In this document: piece by piece, positions 38,298 through 51,157 of the stretch
Layout of the letters: the number at the start of each line of letters is the position of its first letter
Numbering within the stretch: the stretch's first letter is position 1
NCBI RefSeq assembly: GCF_018977255.1
Contig: NW_024704742.1
Location: 116,004,001 to 116,068,000, forward strand
DNA: 64,000 bases
Reading direction: 5' to 3'
DNA from: Callorhinchus milii
Taxonomy: Eukaryota
Notes under the pieces: generated by a model
What the model was told of the DNA's origin: nothing
Seen by the model: only the letters and a program-made list of their open reading frames with translations
Database searches by the model: none
Made by a program: the position numbers and the translations under genes

Positions 38298-38414
38298 GAA
38301 CTAACCGCTCTGCTTTGTTAGGGTGTCAGCCAGTGTAGAACTAACCACTACTCTGCTTGCCTGTCTTAAGGTGTGGCCAGAATGGAACTAACCACTCTGC
38401 TTTGCCAAGGTATG
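38298..38414 (+). repeat. Three-copy degenerate minisatellite (GAACTAACC..CTCTGCTT...)
   Basis: Units start at 38298, 38338, 38385. Confidence 0.85.
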
Positions 38415-38997
38415 GAATTGAGAACCCAGAGCAGAGAAACCAAAATCAGCTGTTCTTTTTGCTCTTAACAGCTCATTTGTTACTGAGTAAAAATATATAT
38501 ATATTTATACATATTACATATCCTGTGAAGCACTTTGGGACGTCTCGAATATGTGTTAAGGCACTATGTCAAATGCAAGAATATACAATATTATTATTAT
38601 ATATAAAGTTTCAGATCAATACAATAGGCAGTATTACAACATCACCGTGGTGATGATATCAAAGTTCATAGGAGCAGACAAAGATTCTCTTGGTTTGAGA
38701 GCGTGGGTTGAAACTAGTGTAGTTTCAGAGCACCAATGACAAATGTTGAATTCTTCAAGTTTGTAGATTCTGTAGATGCTTTCTCTTCTTGCTGAACTGG
38801 TGAATCTCAGGTGGGAGGTGTGTTTCATTGGTTGTGACAAAAGAGGCTCCGCTCTCTCCTGCCTTTTTATATCCTCGTTGTTTCCTTCAACTCAGTGGCA
38901 GTGGCAATGCAGATTCTCTCATCTCAACACCTGTGTCGATCCTACACGCCATATTGACATTTCAGTATGTGAGCACATTTTACTTATTTATCACATA

Positions 38998-39584
38998 CCA
39001 GCTGTACCTGTTGCAGCTTTGCTTGCAACCAAAGGATCCAATATGGAATATAGATTGACACACAGACAGACGCACTTACTTATCCTTGAAAGGTTTGATT
39101 TTCGCTTAGGCATCTTTATAATTATCAACATAAATGTATAATTTATAATCACTGGGACGTTCTCCCGACATGAAAGTCGCTTTAAAAATGTAATTTTGTT
39201 GTTGTTGCCACAGTTTAGCTTCGTCTGTTTTCTTTATTGTGTTCCTGCCGCTGCTTGGCTATGTATGTCCTCTCTCATGCATGATGCCACAATGCCACAG
39301 TCAGCCAGTGCGCCACCAGGTGCAACTGCATGGTGCCACAGCACCACTTTGACTCGCCAGCCACCAGATGTAACTGCAGTGAAAAACACAAAACCGGAAT
39401 ACGTTTTTGGTCATAACTCATGAACGATAGGAGATACCCGAAAACACATATTCCCAGGTGAAAGACCTTTCCGATGAGGTATAAATCATGTCTCTATGTC
39501 AATCAGTTATTGAGATCCTTCTAGAAGCGCACACAGTCAGACAGACATTGTTGTTTTATTAGTAAAGATTATTATTAGTATAGA
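38998..39584 (-). mobile_element. Probable non-autonomous Helitron (composite)
   Basis: 5' A|TCTATACTAAT, 3' hairpin GTTGCAAGCAAAGCTGCAAC followed by CTGG|T. Confidence 0.6.
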
Positions 39585-42459
39585 TTGCACATCTTGGTCA
39601 AAATAACAATGCACCAAGCTGACAGCTGCATACAATTCAAACAGACCTTGTCCTGTTGCAATCTTGGTACACCGTTAGCTCTACTTTGTAGAAACAAGCA
39701 GCTAATTATATTCCACCAGTCAGCAAATTATGCTGTATTTCACAACCGCTCATCAAGCCTGTTCTGCTGCTGGCTCCTCTACTGGTAAACTATACATCCT
39801 GAGCCCAATTCCATGCTATTTCCGATGGCCCATTAATGTTGTTTTCCTTTAAAAACTTATCTAATTCCATTTTGTCAGGTTAATTTCAATAGCCATTTAG
39901 GTTAAAATATTCTGTTAGCATTATGAAGCTATTGACTCGAGGTGGAGTATGATTAGATGGGTGCAGGCTGCCCAAGAGGTATTTCTGAAACACATTGAGA
40001 GTCAAAAGATGATTTGACTGGAGAGGGCAACATCCTAGCAAAATCAATCCTGTTCTCATTTGACATCCATCTTTGCGTCAGTATGACTTAGTTGGGAGCA
40101 CACCTACCTGTGGATCAGAAGGTTCTATACTTGAGCTTAGAATCCAGATTGACAACTCTCATTGAATGCTGGGGAGTGTTGTTTTGTCAGCCTGTTGGGT
40201 GAGATATTACAATAACAAAATTACATTTGTAAAGCGCCTTTCGAATCAGGAGGACATCCCAAGACTCTGGACAGACAGAGTTATGGACCCGAGCCAATTT
40301 TCCTCCTCCCTAGACCACTGACATTGAAGCCCATTTTAGCATCCCCATCAATGCTTCAGCTAACGCAGCTGAAAACAGGGATGGATCAAGTCCTACTTGG
40401 TCTCTATGGCTCAATGCCAAACTGTGTGATGCTTTCATCCACTGAACCATAAGAAGCACAGAACAAAACATTTGAAAGAAGTGTGCTTCAGTAAAAAAAA
40501 ATTACCAAATAAATTGAAGTAAAAAAAATCTTCCCTCTTGTGTAATCCTAAGTATTTTGTTTTTATCGAGTAATTAATGTTCGCATCTTTGAAGGAAACA
40601 GCAATACTACAAAGAAAATACTACATTGACAGATTGTTTTCTTAGTTGCAAATAAACTAATATATGATGGAATGTTATTCCTGCAATTTGCGCTGAATGA
40701 AAGCAAAACAGGAAATGATGCACTTCCTACCAAATCCCAGTAACGGTTCTGAAGATCACTAGGACAAAGGAGGTATACAATCTTAATACAAGTGAAGACA
40801 GTCCACAAGTACAGACAAAGCCAAGTTGTTCATCATCTGCTAGTTGGACAAGTTAAATGAACAACACAGCTTTTCCTAACCAGAACCACATATCTGATTA
40901 CTGTATAGCAACTATGGTGGTCTGTTTGACAGATTAAAAAGCTGTCCAGTGTATTTGTAGTGCTGTCAAGCAATGAGAAATTCTTAGGAAACCCGATCCA
41001 CTAAACAGTGGCAAAGACATAGAGGATATGTCATGGCCAGCTGTGAAATATAAGTTCTAACTCTACAAGTGGAGGTGATAAGACAAGTAGTGAGTGATAA
41101 TATAGTGACTGGCTATTGGACTAGCCAGCCTCACAAGTAGACGTACAAATCTTGTCCACATCTGGTCATGACAGATCCCAATGATATTTATTTATTTTTC
41201 AACAGTAAAGGTATTCTTTGTATTACTTCTAATTAATTTTATCAATAACTTTCTGCTGGAGGTTTACCTATATGCCACTTATATTAAAGATACTCAGAAG
41301 AAAATAATTGTTAAAAATAGTTTGAATGCTGTCTACATAAGCAAGTTCATTTACAATAGACAGTAGCAGCTCAATCCATTTCAATGCTATGCCATTAAAC
41401 TGAGCAAAATCAGCAAACAATTTGGTATTCTTGTATATGATACACTGCAAACAAGTTTCACATAAGTAATTGATAATAACTTCAAACACTTAAACATGTA
41501 GGAGTACAGGTACTCCTGTGTGCAAATAGTGATTTTGCAAAAGTGAATTTTCATATCATTCTGTAAATATTTGCGAATGAAAGAAAATTGCTACTGAAGG
41601 CATTCTCCTGCATTAATCAACATTTACTCAGGATATCTAAAGATATATTTAAAAAAATACGTATTATCTAAATTATTTCCTTTCCACTTCCTTCCCTTAT
41701 AAATGGCCTCATCAAAATAAAATAATTAAACCCTCTAACTACCTTTGCTGACTAATGATCACCCAAACAAATGATCAATGTGTCTTTTTTCTAAAAAAAA
41801 GGTTAGTTCACATCTCATCTTGAAAGATTGGGGAAATGTATCTTGTTTTGTGTTCTGGCAATTGGCAGCATTCAGTGGCAGGCTACAGCCCTGGGTTTGG
41901 TGACTTCTCGACCTGACAATTATGAGCCCGGGGCCATTGAGCATTTGCATTGAGTGTCAGTTTTCTGCCTAAATCTCCACAGAGAGTACTTTTGGCAGAA
42001 GTCAGCATTTCTCTCCAACAACAGCAGAGCAATGATATCATTTGGAAGAGCGATATGCTCTGCCAATTAATTTCAATAGAAAATGAGGAATGCCGCATCA
42101 GCAAAACAATAACTTGAAATTCAGGCCAATGTGGCAGTTTTGGTTTGTGGATCTAAGTAAGATTAAATGACTATTAAATTGACTGTTGCATATGGCCCTG
42201 GCGAGCAAAATTCTTTGTTGGTCTATCATTATGCCACTTGGTATCTACCTGGCAGCCTGCTCAAGTGAGCGATGAGTCAACTACAACAACAACAACAACA
42301 AGATTCCATTTATAGAGTGCCTTTCACGTCGGGAGGACGTCCCAAGGCGCTGAAACTAACACCCATAGATCTTTTAGCTTCACCCTTGCAAAATCGATTC
42401 CATCTTTTGAGTGGATTTGCCTCTTCCTCTTACCTCCTATTTGCTGTACAATAGTCATT

Positions 42460-42725
42460 TATCTGTATTGAACTTAATTTGCCATTAATCAGCCTATTGC
42501 TGTCTCCTCTGATTCCACAGTTCACCTCAACTTGGTGGTATCTGCAAATTTAATTCCTTACATTGGGGCTAAAATTCATGACATTCATGTATACAAGGAA
42601 GAGGAGGAGTCCCATTACAGGCCCCATTAGTATCAAACTTGATACTGCCTCCATTTTGACCAAGCTCCCTGAACAATTACTCTTTATTTCCTTCTTTTCA
42701 ACTGATTTCTAATCCATGTCCATTA
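42460..42725 (-). mobile_element. Degenerate CR1-like RT fragment
   Basis: Minus strand ...GLLLFLVYMN...KFADTTK, an RT active-site remnant. Confidence 0.6.
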
Positions 42726-43589
42726 CAACAGAGGACTAGGGGGAAAAAATTTTGCCCCACTGACTGGGCTGCCTGTGAAATTCCTGCTGATGAGCCAGGG
42801 TAGATGATTGTCATCAACAGTGCCTTGGAGAACTGCAAACTCGTTTGGCTCAAAATTTAGACTACCTAGACCACCATCAGTAGGTCAACTCGATTCTCAT
42901 TTTCCATTGCCAGGCATATTGGCTTAAAGCCAGACAGCTCTACCCCAAGAAGTCCCTTCTAATCTCACCCCTCACCCCTACCAGCATAAATGATTAGAAT
43001 AACTTATTTCAGCTAACTGATTTCTATGTGCAACTCAACTGAACACAACTGAATTAACCTTCTTCAAAGCAGCTTCACAGTAATCAAAAAACTTTAGGAC
43101 ATGTTCCATCCATCCCCACATCTTATGTCCTCTCTGCTACATCTCTTCATTTTGAACACATTTACTATTTCTTGTTCCAGTGTGCATTGCGTTCCTTTGA
43201 GATGTTCAAGGGGTTGATGGGATTCTGATCTGGTTTAGAGGTGGTCAGACTATCTGTGGCTACTGCCTCTGCACAGGAAGTCTGTGGGAGACCACAAGTT
43301 ATTACTTTAAGTCAAATTGAAAGTCTTTGGTTGGAGAAACATTCTACCCTGAAGACTAGAGGCTAAAATGTTCCCACAACAGAATTAAGATATCAATAAC
43401 ATATCTAATCATCAAATGTGTTCATGTACACATAGACATTGGTAGTTTTGTTCAGTTCCACAAGTTGGCAAAGCATCTTAGTTGTTATTCTTGAGCCTGT
43501 GGCAACACTGGTAGCTCATCAATCCGAGATGTTCAGATCCTCCCACATGCATTACTGCGGTGATTGGTGTCTTAAAGGCAAGGTTTTGC

Positions 43590-43940
43590 ATAGACCTCCA
43601 GTACAATGCTAGTGGCGCACTGATTTGTAACAGGTATTGCCTTTTGGACCAGATGTTAAACTGAGGTCAGGTCTACCTATTCAGATGAACTTTAAACATC
43701 TCATGACACTATTTGAAAAGAAAAAGGAATTTTTCCTGATGTCCTACCAACAAGCCTCGAGATAAATTGATTAATCACTTTGTGACTGTTTACCTGTACA
43801 CAAATCGGTTCCTGTTGGCTACAATACTGGCTACAAAACAGAGAGTCACTACACTTCATCACAATTATCTGTAAAAAGGTTTTAAGATTTATAGGAGATA
43901 AGTAATAATAATAATCAAATGGAAGGATTACTATTTAAAA
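43590..43940 (+). mobile_element. Older DeuSINE fragment
   Basis: agatgttaaactgagg...ttcagatgaactttaaacatctcatgacactatttgaa. Confidence 0.65.
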
Positions 43941-44659
43941 TATGCATAAAACTATTAAATTAAGAAAAAGGGAAACCCCAAAGTTTTTTTATCAGTCTGA
44001 AATGGCAAAACAAAACGACCCACAGGTGGGTTACATTACATAGAGTGCTGCTTTTCATAATCACAGAATGTTACTTTGCAATTAAGTCATTTGAAATAAT
44101 GTATCCCACCTGGGATTTTGCTGGCCGCCCAGAACGCAGGCAACTAAGTAGGAAGAAGACAAAATGTAGCCACCCAGGTGAAGAAAATAGTTATATATAA
44201 TAATAAAAAATAACCTTGCATTTAACAGAGGGACTTGCGACTTTGTCGAAACATCTCAAAGCTGTTTACAGGAATGAGCAGTTGTTAGCAAATGTGTAAG
44301 GTTACCAATTAAATTTCCTGACAACAGAAATTCACAGTTCAGAACCACTTTTTTTGAGTTTTCCGCTTGAAATGTTGCTTTTCTTAAGAAGGAAAGCATT
44401 TTCTTTAAAGAATGATTATCTTGTAATTTGTGGATTGAGGCATACAAGATTGACAACCTAATGGTCTAACTAACTTTGATTCATGCTCTATCTAAAAGAT
44501 GTTTAGGCCCTATTTCAGGCCAGTTTTGAAGGCAGTTCAGCTTTTAGTTTTAATTAGAAATAAATGTATGATCCTCCTGGATTAACAATAACAAACAGTG
44601 TTCAATTAAAAACTGAATGACCACCAATACATTCTACTTGACACATTGGTAAATGCCCT

Positions 44660-45012
44660 TATTAATAATAATCCTTGTATTTGATGCGCCTTATCATGTC
44701 ATCATAAAGTCTCAAAGCGCTTCACAGGTTATACTGTAAAGTGGATTTGACTGGGTATTTTATGGACAAAACACGATAGCCAATTGCACATAGCAATGTC
44801 CCACAAACAGCCATGGATTACCAATTTTATTTGGGGGATTGTTGGCCAGGACACCGGGAGAATCTCCATTCACTTTTCAAATACTGCCATGGGATCTTTA
44901 ACATCCACCTGAACAGACAAACAAGATCTCGGTTTTAAAGTCTTATCTGAAGCACAACACCTCCGACAATACAACACTCCCCAGCACTGCATTAGGTTGT
45001 CATTTTAGATGA
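44660..45012 (-). mobile_element. Older DeuSINE
   Basis: ttggccaggacaccgggagaa...tgccatgggatctttaacatccacctgaacag plus tail. Confidence 0.8.
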
Positions 45013-45019
45013 TGCGATT

Positions 45020-45375
45020 CAACAGTAAATTACATTTGTATAGCGCCTTTCACATCAGGAGGACGCCCAAAGCGTGGAGAATGAAGAATTTAAACCCGTT
45101 GGGGGTTGTAATCAGGAGGGGTGGAGGTTAGAGAGGTTCAGGGTAGAAGGGTGACCAAAGGCGCAGTCGAAGAGGAGTGTCTTGGGATAGGCCTGAAGAA
45201 GGGAAGATGTGAGGTGAAGGGACTGTGGGATGGAGTTCCAAAGGGTCAGGGCAGAGAGGCTGAAGACCCGACCGCCAAAGGTGGGGAGGGCCGGGCGGGA
45301 GACATGGAACAGGCGGAGGGAGCAGACAAGTCTATATGAAGTTAGCAGGTCACAGAGATAGGAAGGAGCAAGGCT
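45020..45375 (-). mobile_element. L2 3' fragment
   Basis: Shared L2 tail and 3' region. Confidence 0.82.
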
Positions 45376-46045
45376 TCAGAGACGAGAATTACCAACTGAG
45401 CCAGGCTAACACACGATTCTTTTTAACAGACAGAATGAAACTAAAATAATTATAGATTAGGTAAATTAAAGGAGGTTATTTGATTCTTTCCCTCCCACCT
45501 CCTTTTTGAAATGTACTTATCTCTCCTATTCCAATCCTTTGCCAAAACTGTTTTTGAACTAGCTACAAGAAAGTAAGAAAGTGGAAGCTTCAGTGTCTGA
45601 TTTTTCTTTCCCTGAAGGTAGCCTTTGCACGTCAACTCACCCTGACAACTGAGATCAGTAATTCACGACATGATAAACCTCAGGCACAAACCAACACACG
45701 GAGCATTCAGCTAACATGCCAACACCACCACACAGAATTTCAACTTCAAATCCATTTCAATGTTTAAATATTTGTAAAAGAAAAGGAAGATGGCAGTGAG
45801 AGGTAAAGCTAAGAAATAAAAATAAGACAAATGATAATAGAATTCTGAAATCAAATTTTAAAAACGCAAACAATGGAAACTGGCTGATCAGCATCTAAAA
45901 GCAAAAGATTAGCTAATAGTCCTAGTATTACAAACACGCTTGAAAACCCAATGCACTTTGCAGATGATAACCATATTACAGGGTTCTCTCATACACTTGC
46001 ACCTGCACCTTTCTCCAATTGATACTGAAATGAAATGGTATGATA

Positions 46046-46772
46046 TACAACAACAACAACAACAACCAAATTACATTTATAGAGCGCCTTTCACGTTGGG
46101 AGGACAACCCAAAGCGCTGGACATTCAGGTGTCGGGGTCCAAGCATGGGGGAGGGGTGGTGTAGGGGTGAGAGAAAGCAGAGAGGTGGGAGGGAGACCAA
46201 AGGCATGGTCGAAGAGAAGGGTCTTGAGACCGGCCTTGAAGGAGGCAAGGGAGGAAGCGAGGCAAAGGGACCTTGGGTTGGAGTTCCAGAGTGTCGGCGC
46301 GGAGAGGCTGAAAGCCCGGCCACCGATGGTAGGACAGGTCGGGCGGGAGACCTGAAGCAAGCCGGAGCCCACTGAACGGAGAGAGTGGGCAGGTTGTTAG
46401 GGAGTCAGCAGGTCAGAGAGGTAGGAGGGGGCAAGGCCATGGATAGCCTTAAAGCTGAGGACGAGGATCTTGAACTCGATCCTCTGGGGGATGGGGAGTC
46501 AGTGGAGTCTGGTAAGGGTGGGAGTGATGGGGTCACGGAGCCAGGTGCGTGAGAGTCCACGAGCTGCCAAGTTTTGGATGACCTGCAGCTTGTGAAAGGA
46601 AGAGTTGGGAAGGCCGATGAGGAGAGAGTTCCCGTAATCGAGCCTTGATGTGACAAATGCGTGGGTAAGAGTTTCGGCAGCCTGAGGGGTGAGGCAGTGG
46701 TGGAGTCCGCCAATGTAGCAGAGGTGGTAGTAGGCAGTGCCGGTCATGGCACGGATGCGGGGGAGAAAGGAC
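46046..46772 (-). mobile_element. L2 3' fragment
   Basis: AAETLTHAFVTSRLDYGNSLLIGLP...PITPTLTRLH; (CAA)n tail. Confidence 0.9.
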
Positions 46773-47811
46773 ATATGTTATAGAATTATAGAAATTTCTA
46801 CATACTATATTTGAAGACTAAATGGGATTGAGAAAGTAAACCCCAAACTATATTTTTATATATGCCAAGGCAGCAGAACAAGAAGGCACAGGTTAGGGAT
46901 GTAAAGGGCAATTTACAACAGATACAAATAAGCATTTCTTTACATAGAAACGAATCAGCTGCTAGAATGCGTTATCATCAGGAAGGGTGATAGAGGTCAG
47001 GACAGTATAAGAAACAGCTCGCCTTGAGAAATAACAAAACTGTCTTTTGCATTTTGCTTAAACTATGTGCATCTGTGCTTGTCATATACATAAAACCTAG
47101 TTTGTAATTTAATGAATATATCTTTTATTTTTTGGTACAAGAAACTTCTGTGAACATTTCTCTGCCTTCCATCTCTCAGTCCCACTTGATACTCCTCTCT
47201 TGTCTAGCTCTCCAGATCCAGTAAAATGTTTTGATGTTGTTTGGGTCTCTGAACCTTGCCCATTTCTCTCCTGCTGTCCAGCTCTGTGTTCCATGTTCCT
47301 CTACTATCTTTCTCCAAGTCCGATGCTCTCTTGCAGTCTAGCTATCAATATTTAATCCAGGGGTTCTCTGTTGTCTGCCTCTCTGAATCTAATCCAAAAA
47401 CCCTCAGCTCTTTTGGGTCCAGCCTAAGAGCAGTGCAATTGTGCAATAGTCTCCAACTACAATTTGTAGTGTCAAAATTCAATCATTCAAACATATTCAA
47501 ATAAAATTACTGTGCATACATATTTATATATATTTTTAAAAAAATATGATAATTAAAAAGACTCAAGCAGATCTAGGTCCCAATAGTCTCCGGAATTTAT
47601 TTCAAACGAATGTAAGAATATTCAACATTCCCCGTTCTTCTCTGTTAATTTGTCTTCTACTCCTCAAAGCCTTTAATGCTCAGCTAAATTTTCACTCACA
47701 TAACATGTTCTTTGGGTTGTGAGGTCTGCATGCATATTGGGTGTGACCTTCAACAAAGGTGGAACTAAATCATTTCTACTGTTTTGTGGTACCAATCTGG
47801 CCACTCTCTTC

Positions 47812-48165
47812 TCTCAGTGGGTACAGGCCTACTTCATGTCCCTCAACCTACTCGCCCCACCTTCAGCAGACAGGCTTTCATCCTATCTGCTCCCACTCCC
47901 TGGAACTCCATCTTAGAGACCCACCGACTTACCCCCTCCATCACCTCAAGAGTTTGCTCTTTGACTGCACTTTTGGTTATCCTTCCCCTCCCCCCTCTCC
48001 TCAGCTCCCACCCTCATCTTGGGAACCAATCCAGGACTGTCAAGCACCTTGGGACATATATTCTATATATCAATAAATATATATATATATTTTAAAAATC
48101 AAGCACCTTGGACATACTCTCAGTGTGAAAGGTGCTTTATAATTGTAAATTTGTATTGTATTTGT
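47812..48165 (+). mobile_element. Degenerate L2 3' fragment
   Basis: tggaactccatc, ctcaagag.ttgctctttgac and a tail. Confidence 0.7.
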
Positions 48166-48603
48166 ATCTCATAGAGAGACACATGTTGAGACAAGTCACC
48201 GTGGTGATCAGAGTAGATTGCCAGCCAGGGCATTTTGCAGAAAGATCCAAAAAGCCAAAAAGTAGCAGACTTTTCTTGTACAATGGAAGCTAACAGTTCC
48301 CTCTGCTGATCGTGTCACTAAATTCCTCCGATCAAATAAACAGAGAGCTATGAGCATCCTCTGCTGGCCAGGAGGGTAATTACTTTTCTTCATTTGAGAC
48401 AGAGAGAAGGTGGCTCCCAAGCTCTGTGAATAAATGCTTAAGTCCTGATTTGTTCCAAATGGGAACAGAAAATAAGCGACTTTCAACTAAAGAAACCTCT
48501 CACAAGATGACTCACAGAAAATAAAACTTGAATGAAAATGAAAAACAGATTTTTAAAAAAACAAAATACATATTTATTGATATATAGAATATATATTTAC
48601 ACT

Positions 48604-49160
48604 TGTCTCAGACAAATTCCCATCACACAAAAGAGAAGCTGCAACTCGTTAGTGTTTTGTTAAAGAACAGAACAGATCTCTGTGCACTCCACTCGTCTGC
48701 CGATTACGGGATGCAGTTGCAAGGTGGGTCTTGTCTCCCTTCTGCGTTGCCCCCCCAACCCCCACTTTATCAGGGGAGACGGACACGATATGTGCACACA
48801 TTTTGGGATATTCTTTAATACCAGCACAAATGTCCCGGTGTAGATCACACACACATTTACAACAATAATACCCCAAAACATCGCAACGCATAACACGCAA
48901 TATAACACAAAACAACCGATCCCACTTTGTAGTGGGAGGAGCCCCTGCACCTCCATTGAGGGTGATCCCGTCCGGGGCTTCTGCTGCCTTTATCTACAGA
49001 GAGCAGTTACACGGATGGGCTCATTCCAGCTCTGCCATTCTTTATCTACAGGATGACAAGCCATTACATCACTCTGCGCTGCTTTCCCCTTTATGGGGAG
49101 AGACAGACAGACGTACATTTTCGGGATGTTTTGGTTGCAAATTGAGCATCCCTCTGTACA
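48604..49160 (-). mobile_element. Unclassified element, possibly a solo LTR
   Basis: TGT...ACA ends, CpG-retaining, ATTAAA on minus strand; no TSD found. Confidence 0.35.
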
Positions 49161-49173
49161 TTGGAGTGTATGT

Positions 49174-49481
49174 GGAATCCTGTAGCTCAGTGGTTAGAGC
49201 ACTCGCTTTGCAAGCGAGAGACCTGAGTTCAATTCCAGGCAGGTCAGGGTGAAACCCTGGGTAAGTTTCCTTACTCCACACGCCTAATAATAATCCCTCC
49301 AAAACCAAAAACAATAATAAATTGGTCATTTTCAATCCACGTTTGTGGGACATTGCTGTGCGCAATTGGCTGCCGCGTTCACCCACAAATATACAGTCAA
49401 TTCACTTTACAGTGTGTTCTGTGAAATGCTTTGGGACGTCCTCTATATCAAAATGCAAGGATTATTATTATTATTATTATT
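49174..49481 (+). mobile_element. tRNA-SINE, short subtype
   Basis: Same consensus; small deletion in the tail stem-loop. Confidence 0.92.
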
Positions 49482-49559
49482 ACATTACAAAGACGCTGTG
49501 TATACACAAATATTACATAAATTTACAATTGCCAGGATACACTGCAAGCACCAACTGAT

Positions 49560-50320
49560 GCTTCCTTCCAACTTGACTATACCAACTGACGGATCACTGG
49601 ACTTCCCAACTCTTCTTTCCACAAGCTGCAGATTATTCAGAACTCTGCAGATCATGTCCTCTACTGCACCACGCTCCGCAAACCGATCACCCCCATTCTT
49701 GCCTGTCTTTCACTGGCTCCCATTTCTCAGAAAATTGAGTTCAAAAACTTCATTCAAACTTTCAAAGATCTCCAACATCTTGCTCCCCCCTACCTATGAC
49801 CTCCAAACCCCATATCAGCCTGTCCACTCCCTCCGCTCGGTGGATACTGGTCTGATACCAGGTTCCCCACACTTCTCAGTCCATCGTCGGCGTTCAGGTA
49901 TTCAGTCAGGAAATTAAATGCAAACTGGAGTGTCAGCCTAGACTTCATGGGTTCCAAGTCTCAACATGGGGTTTGAGTCTAAAACCTTCTGACTTAGAGG
50001 TAAGAGTGCTACAACTGAGCCAGAATGACAAAGGCTAAAAGCAAGAGAATGGAAATATAATCATCGTGCCCCCATCGTGCCTGGCCCTCTATCCCGTAAT
50101 CCCTCTGCTTCACCCCCTCTCTTGCCTCCTTCAAGTGACCTTCCTCTTGACCTTCCTCTTCGACCATGCCTTCGGCCACCATTCTACCTCCACACTCCCT
50201 ACCCTCTACCCTGCCTGACCCCAACTCCCAGCTCGGGTCCCAAACCCAATTATCCAGCATCCTGGGACGTCTTTCTGATGTGAAGGGTGCTATACAAATA
50301 TAATTTGTTGTTGTTGTTGT
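49560..50320 (+). mobile_element. L2 3' fragment(s) interrupted at ~49895-50070
   Basis: cacaagctgcagattattcagaac, cactggctcccat, and an L2 tail with (GTT)n at 50305-50320. Confidence 0.78.
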
Positions 50321-50329
50321 TCCTCTGGG

Positions 50330-50750
50330 TAGGGACCCTGGCACATGGGGATGTGAAGCTGACGTGAGCACGGCTAATAAAGGGCGGCTGAGGGCTGTGG
50401 TCAGGTCCCATCTGGCCTTTGTCACGGCTGAACCAAGCTGCAAAGTGTCCCATAGCACATAACCCTGGAGTGCGTGAGCCTGCAGCAGGCCGTCTCCAAT
50501 ATGTCGTCTCACTGGAAGACCATCAGTTTTTGGGGCCTCCTTCACCAAGTTGTTGATTTTCCAGGGGCACTCGATGTCGGTCTTGCTGTGAGTCCTCGGA
50601 AGAGACATGACAGCAGAAGGGGAGGGCCCTTCTAAACACCAGCCGGGCAGTATCCTGATGTTGTTGGACAGGACTGATGATTAAGATGAGGCTGGTAGTC
50701 GCCAAAGTGTACCCTCCTATTGGGCCTCCCTGCTGTGTTCACGGCCCGCC
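50330..50750 (-). mobile_element. Tx1 (L1-Tx1 clade) LINE ORF2 C-terminal fragment
   Basis: PRTHSKTDIECPWKINNLVKEA...LQGYVLWDTLQLGSAVTKARW resembles recalled fish/shark Tx1 ORF2 ends; frame-disrupted. Confidence 0.7.
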
Positions 50751-50850
50751 ATGGACTGCGCTGGGAATTAAATGCAAACTGGAGGGTCAGCCAATACTAT
50801 ATGGGTTCCAAGTATCAACATGGGGTTTGAACCTACAACTTTCTGATTTA

Positions 50851-51157
50851 TAATAATAATCCTTGCATTTGATATAGCACTTTTCACGTCTTCTTAACGT
50901 CTCAAAGCACTTCACAGAATAGACTGTAAAGTGAATTGACTGTATATTTGTGGGCGAAACGCGGCAGCCAATTGCGCACAGCAGTGTCCCACAAACAGTC
51001 GTGGAATGAAAATGATCAATTTATTATTGTTTTGTTTTGGAGGGATTATTATTAGGTGTGTGGAGTAAGGAAACTTGCCCAAGGTTTCGCCCTGTCTGGA
51101 ATTGAACCAGGTGTGTCGCTTGCAAAGTGAGTGCTCTAACCACTGAGCTACAGGACT
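50851..51157 (-). mobile_element. tRNA-SINE inserted into an older SINE head
   Basis: Full consensus; host sequence ttctga.tta|...|gaggtgagggtgcta resumes. Confidence 0.92.

Noticed and set aside
38298..38414. Direct repeats with variable spacers, superficially CRISPR-like
   Set aside because: Only three degenerate units, the spacers are related to each other, vertebrate context, no cas genes
49345..50608. 190-aa and 199-aa ORFs
   Set aside because: Chimeric read-through of SINE, L2 and Tx1 fragments
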